Positions 20,630 through 29,504 of a DNA stretch of 64,000 nt are shown here, piece by piece (position 1 is the stretch's first letter; each line of letters begins with the position of its first letter). Both the position numbers and the translations under genes were made by a program. The DNA is taken from NCBI GenBank assembly GCA_965140415.1, contig OZ223209.1, positions 928,001-992,000 of the forward strand, in the 5' to 3' direction. Source of the DNA: Myxococcota bacterium. GTDB taxonomy: Bacteria; Myxococcota_A; SURF-8. The notes beneath the pieces were generated by a model, which was not told the DNA's origin, ran no database searches, and saw only the letters and a program-made list of their open reading frames with translations.

Positions 20630-22114
20630 ATGCAGATATCGTTCAACCCTGCCGATCTGTCGCACATGTTGCCGTGGATCATCGTGGTCATTTTCGCAAT
20701 GGCCGTGCTTTTGATCGATGTGGTCGCCAACAAGGAAACCGACCGCGCCTACGCCGGATGGCTGACGCTGGCCGGGCTGGGTTGCGCCTTCGCGCTGAAC
20801 CTGTGGCAGTGGGGCCAGCCGTCGGTTGCCGTGTTTTCCAACATGGCGGTAGTCGACCGCTTCGGTTTGTTCTTCAACGGCGTATTTCTCGCGGCAGCGG
20901 CGCTCTCAACGCTATTGGGAATGACTTTCTTCAAGGAACACGGCCTGCATCGCGGTGAATTCTACGCGCTGATGCTGATGTCGGTAGCCGGCATGATGCT
21001 GATGGGCATGGTCAACGACCTGCTGATGTTCTTTGTAGCGTTGGAAGTCATGTCGATTCCGGTATACGTTCTGGCCGCTTACCAGCGCCACCTGAACCAA
21101 TCCATCGAATCCGCCCTGAAATACTTCCTAATGGGCGCCTTCAGCACCGCGTTCTTGCTGATGGGTATTGCATTTACCTACGGTGCGGTTGGAAACACCA
21201 ACTTGATCAACATCATGGAGTTCATCAAATCTAACGGTATCGCCGGTGCTCCGCTGTTGCCGCTGGGCATGGTTTTCGTGCTGGTCGGTTTTGCCTTCAA
21301 AGCGGCTCTGGTGCCGTTTCACATGTGGACGCCCGATGTCTACGAGGGCGCTCCCTCTCCGGTGACGGGCTTTATGGCGGCGGCGGTAAAAGCCGCTGGT
21401 TTCGCTGCCTTCGTGCGCGTCTTCATCACGGCCTTCTATTTCCTCAAGCTGGGTGATTTCGGCTGGTACAACCTGTTATGGGTGGTGGCGGTCGCCACGA
21501 TGACGCTGGGTAATTTCGCCGCGCTGGTGCAGGACAACGTCAAGCGCATGCTGGCTTATTCTTCCATCGCTCACGCAGGCTATCTGCTGGTCGGTTTCCT
21601 GACGATCACCCAGAGCCCGGAGAACAACGGCGCGGCCAGTTTGCTGTTTTACCTGCTGGTGTATACCTTCATGAACCTGGGCGCTTTCGGCGTGGTAATC
21701 CTGTTCGGCAAGCGCGACCAGGAGAACCTGCTGGTGAGCAAAGGCTGGGGTGGTATCGGATTGCGCGCTCCTTTCCTGGGCGTCGCCATGACGATCTTCA
21801 TGCTGTCGTTGGCCGGGATTCCACCCACCGCCGGATTTATGGCCAAGTTCTACATTTTCAAGTCCGCCATCGATCAGGGCCTGGTGGTCATTACCGTGCT
21901 GGCGGTATTGAACTCGCTGATTTCGGTGTATTACTATCTGCGAATCCTGGTGTTCATGTACATGGTTCCCGAAACCGAGAACGCCGTGCAGCCGTCGTTG
22001 GCGCTGCCTGCCACACTGGCCGTCGTTTCCGCTGTCATCGTCACTCTTGGATTGGGTATACTGCCCGGTTCGATGCTGACCTATGCGCAACAGGCGGTGC
22101 AGTCGCTCTTCTAA
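20630..22114 (+). CDS. nuoN: NADH-quinone oxidoreductase subunit N
   Basis: ESALKYF, PFHMWTPDVYEGAP, KRMLAYSSIAHAGY. Confidence 0.97.
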   Translation: MQISFNPADLSHMLPWIIVVIFAMAVLLIDVVANKETDRAYAGWLTLAGLGCAFALNLWQWGQPSVAVFSNMAVVDRFGLFFNGVFLAAAALSTLLGMTFFKEHGLHRGEFYALMLMSVAGMMLMGMVNDLLMFFVALEVMSIPVYVLAAYQRHLNQSIESALKYFLMGAFSTAFLLMGIAFTYGAVGNTNLINIMEFIKSNGIAGAPLLPLGMVFVLVGFAFKAALVPFHMWTPDVYEGAPSPVTGFMAAAVKAAGFAAFVRVFITAFYFLKLGDFGWYNLLWVVAVATMTLGNFAALVQDNVKRMLAYSSIAHAGYLLVGFLTITQSPENNGAASLLFYLLVYTFMNLGAFGVVILFGKRDQENLLVSKGWGGIGLRAPFLGVAMTIFMLSLAGIPPTAGFMAKFYIFKSAIDQGLVVITVLAVLNSLISVYYYLRILVFMYMVPETENAVQPSLALPATLAVVSAVIVTLGLGILPGSMLTYAQQAVQSLF

Positions 22115-22142
22115 AAGGCAGATACAATCTGTTGGAAATTCC

Positions 22143-22168
22143 CAGGGGCCGTCATAAGACGGCCCCTG
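22143..22168 (+). terminator. GC-rich hairpin ending the nuo operon
   Basis: CAGGGGCCGTC-ataa-GACGGCCCCTG, an 11-bp perfect stem ~30 nt after the nuoN stop. U-tract is weak. Confidence 0.6.
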
Positions 22169-22195
22169 ATGGTTTATGGGGTCCTTGACAGAATA

Positions 22196-22213
22196 CCACG
22201 GGCTTGCCCGTGG
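22196..22213. repeat. Palindrome CCACGGGC-TT-GCCCGTGG (REP or IS200/IS605-end-like hairpin)
   Basis: Perfect 8-bp stem in the intergenic region left of the IS. Confidence 0.45.
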
Positions 22214-22250
22214 ATGAATGAGCCCAAACATGGGGAGCAGGACAGGAGCC

Positions 22251-23556
22251 CACAGCTGTCCCGTTAACTATTGAATAATTCCAACTGCTTACCAAAAGGG
22301 ATATTGGTAGGCAGGGAGGCGTTTGCCTTTAGCACCTGTAAAATGGGGCTTTCCTCGAAAAGCGTGACGCTTAAAATCTGTAGAATCGTCATCAAACTGT
22401 GCTCGAGATTCAGATCCTTTTTCAGAATCGCAACCAACAGATAAACCGTAATCGAAATCCACACTTGTGTCTTTACCGCATTGGCGCTGCGACCGTAAAA
22501 CGCCTTGATTCGCAGATTCTGTTTGATCCATTTGAAAAACACTTCGATACTCCACCGCAGCCGGTACAAGTCCGGAATCGTTTCCGAAGAAAGATCAAAG
22601 TTGTTGGTCAGCCAGACAAATCGGGTGTTCGATTCTGGATCGATGTAGTTGATTCGCCGCACATGATCCGGATAGCGTCGAATGGAAGCACGGTCCACGA
22701 AGCTCACGGTCTGATCGGCGCGCAATCCCAAGCTCTTGTCGATGGGGTGTGAATAGATTCGCTTTGTGCTGGTGTTCTTGCTGGCTCTAAGAATGAAGAA
22801 GGCTCCCGCCCGATGGATGCGATGCATGCGTCCGTAATCGACATAACCGCGATCCATGATATAAAATGCGCCCGCTTCCAAAGGCAGAATATCCAGTAAA
22901 CGCTTGTCATGGCTCTTGCCGTCCGTAATGGAAATAAAGGCGGGAATCCGTCCGCGAAGGTCCATTTGCGTGTGAAGACGCAATGATCCATTGTATCGCG
23001 TGAATTTGGCCCATGGAAAAAGCGACAAACTCAAATCAATCGCTGTCGTGTCGAGCGCGTAGGTGGTGGCGTCTAGGTCGACGGCGAGCTTCTCGTCCGC
23101 ATACAGCGCGCGGGCGCGCCGTATCAGGGGCTGAGCGAGATCTGCGTAAATGCGCCAGTCGCGTTTTTCATTCGCTCTGGCCAGTGTGTTGCGAGAGACT
23201 TTTCCACGCAGACCCATGTGATAAAGTTTCAGCTGAATAGCCCGCAAGGTCGCTTCAATATCGCGCAGGCTTTCGCGGTAGGCCAGCTGGGCAAATGCCA
23301 TGCAAATGAATTGATCCATACAGGAAAAGGTACGAATGCGCTTGTTCCCCTGATAGCGATTGACACAACGGCGGAAATGGCGATCCGGCAAATAGTCGAG
23401 CACTTGCGAAAAGACAGTCTGTGTCATTTTGATCTCCTGCATTTCTTGACTATTCGAAATGCAGAAAAACTATCGCGGACACCTGATAATCACAAATTCA
23501 ATCTGTAATAATAAGTAGTTGTAGCGCTGAACCTGGAAGTTAGCGGGACAGCTGTG
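22251..23556 (-). mobile_element. IS4-family insertion sequence (1306 bp)
   Basis: Terminal inverted repeats: CACAGCTGTCCCGTTAACT from 22251, and CACAGCTGTCCCGCTAACT as the reverse complement ending at 23556 (18/19 match). They enclose a single DDE transposase. Confidence 0.9.
22264..23442 (-). CDS. IS4-family DDE transposase (DUF4372-like N-terminus + DDE_Tnp_1)
   Basis: FAQL..RESLRDI, LDTT, MDRGY, Y-R-L-R-W-x-I-E-VFFKWIKQ (YREK motif). Stop codon lies inside the TIR. Confidence 0.93.
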   Translation of the reverse strand: MQEIKMTQTVFSQVLDYLPDRHFRRCVNRYQGNKRIRTFSCMDQFICMAFAQLAYRESLRDIEATLRAIQLKLYHMGLRGKVSRNTLARANEKRDWRIYADLAQPLIRRARALYADEKLAVDLDATTYALDTTAIDLSLSLFPWAKFTRYNGSLRLHTQMDLRGRIPAFISITDGKSHDKRLLDILPLEAGAFYIMDRGYVDYGRMHRIHRAGAFFILRASKNTSTKRIYSHPIDKSLGLRADQTVSFVDRASIRRYPDHVRRINYIDPESNTRFVWLTNNFDLSSETIPDLYRLRWSIEVFFKWIKQNLRIKAFYGRSANAVKTQVWISITVYLLVAILKKDLNLEHSLMTILQILSVTLFEESPILQVLKANASLPTNIPFGKQLELFNS

Positions 23557-23599
23557 ATAGGCAAGCTTCGTTTCTCTGCGCTTGGCTCATGCCACACGT

Positions 23600-23624
23600 C
23601 GGCGGGCTTACGCCTCGCCGCTGC
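23600..23624 (-). repeat. REP-like palindrome, family B
   Basis: Minus strand GCAGCGGCGAGGCGTAAGCCCGCCG, 23/25 identical to 30688-30712. Both are preceded by TTTTT. Confidence 0.75.
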
Positions 23625-23647
23625 AAAAATGGTTACCGTTTATTCAC

Positions 23648-24424
23648 TCAACCATACATGATGTTGGTCATCGCGAGATTCGCCAGAATCGTGACCATGC
23701 CGGTCAAGACGACCGCCTTGTTGGTGGCGCGTCCCACGCCTTCCGGGCCTTTCTCGGCGCGAAAACCGAAGTAGCAACACATCGTGGCGATAATCACACC
23801 GAAAACCAGACCTTTGATCATGCCGTTGATCAGATCCATGAAACCGATATAGGTGATCGTGTAATTCCAGAATGCGCCGGGGTCCAGCCCCAGTTGCCAG
23901 GTGGAAACGGCATAGGTTGCGCCGATGGCGACGGCATCGGAGATCAGAATCAGGCAGGGAATCATAATCAGAGTAGCTAGAAAGCGTGGAACCACCAGGT
24001 ATTGCACCGGATCGACCGCCATGACTTCCAATGCGTCGATCTGCTCCTTGATCTTCATCAGTCCGATGGAGGCTGTCATGCGCGTTCCCGCTTTGGCCAC
24101 CAGAATCGCCGCCGCAATGGCCGGGCAGAGTTCGCGGACTTCCGTCATCCCGGCGAAAACGCCCACCATGTTTTCTCCGCCGAAACTGAGAAACACCGTG
24201 TAGCCTTCCAGCGCAACGCTCATACCGACGAAAACCGATACCGCTACCAATACCAGCAGTGATTGAATACCGATCTCGTAGCATTGATGAAAAAGCTGTG
24301 AGAAGTCCGGGAGATGGGTGGCCGAACTGCGTATCGTTTGCAGTAGAAACAAGAGCAGGCGGCCCAATTCGGCAAAGAATCCAAGTACGGTATTACTGGC
24401 GATGGTGAACAGATGCGTAAACAT
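23648..24424 (-). CDS. mlaE: MlaE/YrbE-family ABC transporter permease
   Basis: EIGIQSL, REL(C)P, MKIKEQIDALEVMAVDPVQYLVVPR, GPEGVGRAT..AVV. ATG at 24424. Confidence 0.9.
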   Translation of the reverse strand: MFTHLFTIASNTVLGFFAELGRLLLFLLQTIRSSATHLPDFSQLFHQCYEIGIQSLLVLVAVSVFVGMSVALEGYTVFLSFGGENMVGVFAGMTEVRELCPAIAAAILVAKAGTRMTASIGLMKIKEQIDALEVMAVDPVQYLVVPRFLATLIMIPCLILISDAVAIGATYAVSTWQLGLDPGAFWNYTITYIGFMDLINGMIKGLVFGVIIATMCCYFGFRAEKGPEGVGRATNKAVVLTGMVTILANLAMTNIMYG

Positions 24425-24444
24425 GCCTTGCCGTTTACCGTCGG

Positions 24445-24996
24445 CTATTTGGTGAATTTGGTTTGTAACAGCAGGCTTTCTTCCGCATCCCACAGTTTCA
24501 GCAGGTATTCGCCGTCTGTCAGGTCATCGATACTGGATTCGAACCGATAATAGCAGGTTTCGCTGGTTTGCAGATCCCGGTCGATGAAGACTTCGATCAG
24601 GTTGACCGTTTCTTTAACGACGAAGGTTGCCAGTTCAATCGATGTCACCCGGTAATCGCTGTCCTTGTAATATTCCGAATCCGGGTCGTTGTACTGATCG
24701 AAAATCCACTGCGGATAGCAAGGATATGGAGCGTTGACATGCACGACGGTGGGCAGCCCGCGCTTTTTCTTGACGTAGATCTGCTCGACGCAGTCATCGG
24801 ACTGCTCGTCGCAAAACGGTGTCACCTGTCCATCCACGAGCGAAAGGCAATTGCCTTCTTCGCCGCTGAAGTCGGTAGTACAGGTATGCGAAACGGTGTA
24901 ATCCTGCCCGGTCACAAACGGCGTGGGGACACTGGAGCCGCCACAGGCGATCAGAGTCAGTCCAACCAGCAGGCTAAATAGTAGCTTTCCATTCAC
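24445..24996 (-). CDS. Cys-rich hypothetical lipoprotein
   Basis: GTG at 24996 after a GGAGG RBS. Lipobox LIAC and six further Cys. Confidence 0.7.
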   Translation of the reverse strand: MNGKLLFSLLVGLTLIACGGSSVPTPFVTGQDYTVSHTCTTDFSGEEGNCLSLVDGQVTPFCDEQSDDCVEQIYVKKKRGLPTVVHVNAPYPCYPQWIFDQYNDPDSEYYKDSDYRVTSIELATFVVKETVNLIEVFIDRDLQTSETCYYRFESSIDDLTDGEYLLKLWDAEESLLLQTKFTK

Positions 24997-25091
24997 GGTA
25001 CGACCTCCCAACCAAAAAGGAAGGTCGATCCTACACCGCCGCGCCCGGACTGGCAAGCATTCGTCATGGATTTCTTGGAGTGTGCAATCGT

Positions 25092-25484
25092 TCACTTCAT
25101 CGTGTTATTGGTGCCGGATTGATTGAAGCGGATATCGAAACCGATGTCGGTCAGGGGAATGTTGCGCCGGACCGTGTAATCGGCTTTCAGGTAAACGAAG
25201 CGTTTTTCTTTTGTAACAACAATTTCTTCCGGGTCGAAGTGGTAATCCTGATGCCGCAGTTCTTCCAGTGCGAAGAGCTTGATTTCTTCCACCGACTGCA
25301 TTCCTGCTGTTTTAGCGGCGATCGAGCGGAACATGCCGCCCAGTTTCCAATTCTGGAAAAATGGAGGCACGAACAGGTAAATTGCCAATATAAGCAAAAT
25401 CACACCGATCGTTATCATCAAGTTCGATAAAGAACTCGCCCCTTTACGAGAAGAGATCCAACTACGAGTGCCAGCTTTTTCCAT
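25092..25484 (-). CDS. Single-pass membrane protein, DUF4845-like or pilin-like N-terminus
   Basis: SRKG followed by a hydrophobic helix, C-terminal YTVRRNIPL. GAGGGG RBS before ATG at 25484. Confidence 0.6.
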   Translation of the reverse strand: MEKAGTRSWISSRKGASSLSNLMITIGVILLILAIYLFVPPFFQNWKLGGMFRSIAAKTAGMQSVEEIKLFALEELRHQDYHFDPEEIVVTKEKRFVYLKADYTVRRNIPLTDIGFDIRFNQSGTNNTMK

Positions 25485-25681
25485 CTTCCCCTCCACTTGG
25501 ATAGTTGCCATCAGCGCGCTTCCCCAAATACGCATTGTCTCATGATGTACGTTTCTCTAGGAAGAACACCATTAAACCACTCTTTGGCGGATGTGTCCAG
25601 TGCTTTGAAACGGGAGTTAAGAAAGGGGGGAATCGCAGAGAAGGAAATCGCTTCTAGAGCCGCCAGAAACGGAATTTTCGC

Positions 25682-25706
25682 GTAGGTCGGGTCGTTTGGC
25701 CCGACA
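25682..25706 (+). repeat. REP-like palindrome, family A
   Basis: GTAGGTCGGGTCGTTTGGCCCGACA. Related copies near 41.8, 49.7 and 62.7 kb. Confidence 0.8.
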
Positions 25707-25713
25707 TTCATCC

Positions 25714-27459
25714 TTATTCTTCTCCCAACCCGATAAGAATTCCACGCGCTTCGGCGGCTTTGGGATGATCGGGGTAGTCGGTCAGCAGGCGTCGCAGCAC
25801 CGGGACGCAGTCTATCGCGCGGTTGGCTTTGAGCAGGCTCATGCTCTGTTGATACAGTGCATCGCCCGCCAGTGCGGGAGCGGCTTGCTTGGCAAGACGA
25901 CCGTACAACTGCGCGGCCTGGTCGAAATCGCCAAGTCGGTAAGCGGCTTTGGCTGCGCGTTGCAGCGCCTGCGGAGCCTGATGGCTGCCGGGATTCTCGT
26001 TTGCGATTTGGCTGCATCGCACTAACGCCAGTTCCAGGCGGTCGGAATCGTACAGGTTGCGGCACAGCGCGGCGGCGGCCTGTTCGTGCAAAACGCCCTC
26101 CGGGTAATCGCGCAAATAACGCTCCCAGGCCTGGCTCGCCTCTTCAGGGCGTTGCAGATAGCTATCGAGCACGTAACCGATGGTATACAACGTGTTTCCG
26201 CGTAATTCCGGTTGCTTCAGATCTCGTTCCGCAATGCGCAACGCTTGCAGCGCTTCTTCCGGCTTTCCGGCTCCCAGCAGGTTTTCTCCGATCAGGTACA
26301 AGCTTTGTTGCTGCTGCGGTGTGTTTGGAAACTCTTTTCCGAGTTGAAGCAATAAACCGAGCGCCTCGGTGAAACGTCGTTCTCGCTGAGCCTGCCGAGC
26401 CTGATGCAAAAGCGTTTCGGCGGGGTTTACCTGTTCCTCATCGACGATGGCTGCTTCCGGTACAACTCGCGCCAATGCCTGTACGGCTGGAGTTACAGGC
26501 TTATCTGAAACCGGGAGCGACGCTTTGACTTGGTTCGCAACGGGCGGCAGTTCGAACAGGTGCAGCGGGATTTTCTCCGCTTCCAAGGGATGCAGGCCGC
26601 CGTTGGTATCGACAAGCAGTGCTTCCCCTGCTTGCAGCAGCACCGACACACTTTCCCGTTCCAGGGTGAAAACTCGCACCCGACCTTCTTTAACGGCGAT
26701 CAGGCTGCCGGTCTGTTTCCGGTGACGGACGGCGAAAACCGTTCCAACGACGTCCACCTGCGCCAGTGGCGTTTGAATCGAAAAGCGCTGGCCTTCCGTG
26801 CGTTTAGCTACCCAGGCGGCGATGTCGCCCTGTGCCAGTTGAAACTCGACCCGTTGCGTCGTCGCTTCGCTCAGTGTGGCTGTAGCGCCTTGTAGCAGCA
26901 GCTTATCGCCGCTTTCAAGTTGAATGCGGGCGTGAGCCTGCTCCGGCATGGCAATTCGAGTTCCGAGCTGTAAACGGGAAACGTCGCTGTTATTTCCAGT
27001 GCTGCTTAGCTGTACGCCTTCACTGGCGTTGATGAGCTTGCCGTCGATCGGTTGGGCCGTGATCGTTGTTGCTGCCGGATCTGAAAGCGGGGAAAGTTGG
27101 GATGGATCTTTCGGGGAATCCGTGGCGCTAGTCCACCAGAAAAGGCCGAGAACCGCAACCAGGACGACGGATGCCAGGGCCCAGGCCGGGCGATGGATGG
27201 ATTGCCACAGCCGCGAATACCAGGTCTCTTCCGCCGAATCCAGCGCGGCATGGATGAAACGGGCGCGCGCACGAAAAACGTCTTCTCGGGTCGGATCGGG
27301 AACTTGGGTTTGCAGTCGTTGCAGGGTTTCTTGCGTGATTGCCATGCGTTGGCGGCATTTCGGGCACTGTTCGACATGCACCGCCCATTTACGCAGGGCT
27401 GGGGAATTCGGATCGCTTACGAATTCCTGAAGTTCTTCTTGTGTCGGATGGCGCTCCAT
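25714..27459 (-). CDS. Anti-sigma factor-like protein: zinc-finger N-terminus, TM helix, FecR domain, C-terminal TPRs
   Basis: HVEQCPKC (HxxxCxxC ZAS motif), TM helix, FecR motif TP..QVDVVGTVFAV..VKEGRV, TPRs. ATG overlaps the sigma stop codon (TGATG). Confidence 0.85.
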   Translation of the reverse strand: MERHPTQEELQEFVSDPNSPALRKWAVHVEQCPKCRQRMAITQETLQRLQTQVPDPTREDVFRARARFIHAALDSAEETWYSRLWQSIHRPAWALASVVLVAVLGLFWWTSATDSPKDPSQLSPLSDPAATTITAQPIDGKLINASEGVQLSSTGNNSDVSRLQLGTRIAMPEQAHARIQLESGDKLLLQGATATLSEATTQRVEFQLAQGDIAAWVAKRTEGQRFSIQTPLAQVDVVGTVFAVRHRKQTGSLIAVKEGRVRVFTLERESVSVLLQAGEALLVDTNGGLHPLEAEKIPLHLFELPPVANQVKASLPVSDKPVTPAVQALARVVPEAAIVDEEQVNPAETLLHQARQAQRERRFTEALGLLLQLGKEFPNTPQQQQSLYLIGENLLGAGKPEEALQALRIAERDLKQPELRGNTLYTIGYVLDSYLQRPEEASQAWERYLRDYPEGVLHEQAAAALCRNLYDSDRLELALVRCSQIANENPGSHQAPQALQRAAKAAYRLGDFDQAAQLYGRLAKQAAPALAGDALYQQSMSLLKANRAIDCVPVLRRLLTDYPDHPKAAEARGILIGLGEE

Positions 27460-28088
27460 CACGCTTCCTCTTTCCGCTTGTGACCCGGCTTTTCCGTGTC
27501 GAAATAGCCCTGTCGCTCGATTTTCTGCCAGAAGAGCTTGCGAGCATGATGCAGCCGCGAATACACCGCCGAAACGGAACAATTCAAGATCTCTGCAATT
27601 TGCTCGCTTTCAAGTTGTTCCACATCCGCCAGCAGGAAGACATCCCGTTTTTTGCGCGGCATGGTGCGAACGACGTCCCAGAGCTTTTGCGTGTGCTCAT
27701 CCAGCAATAACTGCCACAACGCGCCGCGATCGCCGGAGATCGTCAATTCCGCTTCCATCTGGGGGCGGTTGCGTTCGCGCATGCTTTGCCGCAGATGCTG
27801 ATTGGCGACGTTCAACGCGATGCGATATACCCAGGTTCCCAGGCGCGCCTCGCCGCGAAAACGCGGTAAACTGCGATAGACTTCCATCAACGCCGTTTGG
27901 ATGATGTCCTCCAGATCCTGCTCCGGACCTAAAATACGAAGTAATATCCGGCGCATGTCGGGATATTGGCGGCTGAACAACAGATCCAGCGCTTCCCTGT
28001 CGCCCCGCTGACAGCGCCGCAGCAATTCTCGTTCCTGCTGTTCGCTCAGTGGGTTCGACTCCTCGCGCTTGTCCGGCCCGAGTGTCAT
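27459..28088 (-). CDS. ECF-family RNA polymerase sigma-70 factor
   Basis: DLEDIIQ, FRGEARLGTWVYRIA (region 2), EQIAEIL..AVYSRLHHAR (region 4). Confidence 0.93.
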   Translation of the reverse strand: MTLGPDKREESNPLSEQQERELLRRCQRGDREALDLLFSRQYPDMRRILLRILGPEQDLEDIIQTALMEVYRSLPRFRGEARLGTWVYRIALNVANQHLRQSMRERNRPQMEAELTISGDRGALWQLLLDEHTQKLWDVVRTMPRKKRDVFLLADVEQLESEQIAEILNCSVSAVYSRLHHARKLFWQKIERQGYFDTEKPGHKRKEEA

Positions 28089-28178
28089 GCTGATCCATCC
28101 GCCAAAGATCATCTTCGCCTCACAACTCCTCTATCCATTGGTTGCTCTAGTCTGCGTTTTCTTCCATCGAATCGACCG

Positions 28179-29282
28179 TTACCGGTGAAAAAAATCGAAG
28201 GTGAAACCGGCCATGGCCCACAAGGCGTAGCTCGGCTGGGTGAAAACGGTTTTTCCATCGATCTGATAGCGCTGAATCTGCGGGGTATAACTCACGTTGA
28301 ACTGAGCCTGGAAGCCCAGTATCTTATGGAAATAATAGGAGTATCCCAGCCCGCCGACCAGTCCTACATTCACCCGTTCATATCGTTTCTGCTCGATCCA
28401 TTTGTAGCGATCGGTAAAGGTAATCAGGGTCACATCCGCCAGCATCGATAGATTGACCTGGATTTCGTGGCCATTCAGCAGCGCAATGTAGTGTCCACCG
28501 ACCCAGATCGGCACCTCCCGATAATGAATCTTGAACCGGTCCTGCTTGGGAGCGGCAGTGCTTAGCGCCCCCACGCCGAAGCCCAACGCAACGGGAGGAA
28601 AGGGAAAATAGGTCAATTCAACGGTGGCTCCACCCAGTACGATCTCTTGTTGCGGATGGGTCAATACCGCGCCCAATAACGAAACCGCCAGCTTTTTCGG
28701 TTCGGGAACGGCCAGTGCATCCGCCTGGGTTTCAATGACTTCCGGTGCGATGTCCGTTGCATTCGACCGATCGCGAGACTCGGGAGGAATCAACTCTTCC
28801 GCCAAAAGCGAAACCAGTGGAGCCGTGGCGACCGCCTGGTTTTTCCGGCTGGCAAGCGAACGCAATACCCGCCTGCCTGATTCTGGAAAGTATATTGAAA
28901 TCAATATGATAGAGTCCTGCTGGTCCTCGCTTGGCGGGTTCCAGTCCAGCCAGATAATGGCATTTACCTTTTGTGGAGGTGGGTTTTTCTGGAAATGCGT
29001 TTCCAGTTCCGAAGATGCCAGGGCCTGTCGCTGCAAACGGATCACGCGCGTGTGCAGATCGGCGCGGGAAATGTCCGCATCCAAAAAGGCGGCTACTTCC
29101 TGCACGTTGCCGCCGGGCTGCTCGATGGAATCACCGCGATCCAACAGCCAGACTTCACGAGTCCCATTTTCGGCAGCGTGGGCATGTGCCGCAAGGAGAC
29201 ACAATAAGGCCAGGGCCACTAGCAAGGCGGCTCGACTCGCAAGAAAGCGAGGCGTATCAATTGGTAGAAAATCCATGTTCAT
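28179..29282 (-). CDS. Exported protein with probable C-terminal beta-barrel, upstream partner of the ECF/FecR pair
   Basis: Signal peptide (AHA-A), amphipathic beta strands, aromatic C-terminus GFTFDFFHR. Start codon uncertain. Confidence 0.65.
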   Translation of the reverse strand: MNMDFLPIDTPRFLASRAALLVALALLCLLAAHAHAAENGTREVWLLDRGDSIEQPGGNVQEVAAFLDADISRADLHTRVIRLQRQALASSELETHFQKNPPPQKVNAIIWLDWNPPSEDQQDSIILISIYFPESGRRVLRSLASRKNQAVATAPLVSLLAEELIPPESRDRSNATDIAPEVIETQADALAVPEPKKLAVSLLGAVLTHPQQEIVLGGATVELTYFPFPPVALGFGVGALSTAAPKQDRFKIHYREVPIWVGGHYIALLNGHEIQVNLSMLADVTLITFTDRYKWIEQKRYERVNVGLVGGLGYSYYFHKILGFQAQFNVSYTPQIQRYQIDGKTVFTQPSYALWAMAGFTFDFFHR

Positions 29283-29444
29283 CGTTATATTGTAGCCGGT
29301 TTCCGAAAAAAGAATAGATTGTTTTTCACGATTCCCCAATATATATGTTATGGAGCGTGAAAAAATGCTCAGAGAAAAACAGACTCATCTTTTTGATAAT
29401 ACTAGTTTATTTGTGTGTTTGCCGATTTGCCATGGAAAATTCTC

Positions 29445-29472
29445 TTGACGCGGCTTGTCACCTCGCTATAGT
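29445..29472 (+). promoter_or_regulatory. sigma70-like promoter of dprA
   Basis: TTGACG-N16-TATAGT ~30 nt upstream of dprA. Confidence 0.5.
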
Positions 29473-29504
29473 CGTGTGCTGTTTGGGTCTGGCATAAACG
29501 AGGT

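Noticed and set aside
20569-20958. 129-aa ORF between nuoM and nuoN
   Set aside because: Out-of-frame overlap with nuoN and no recognisable features
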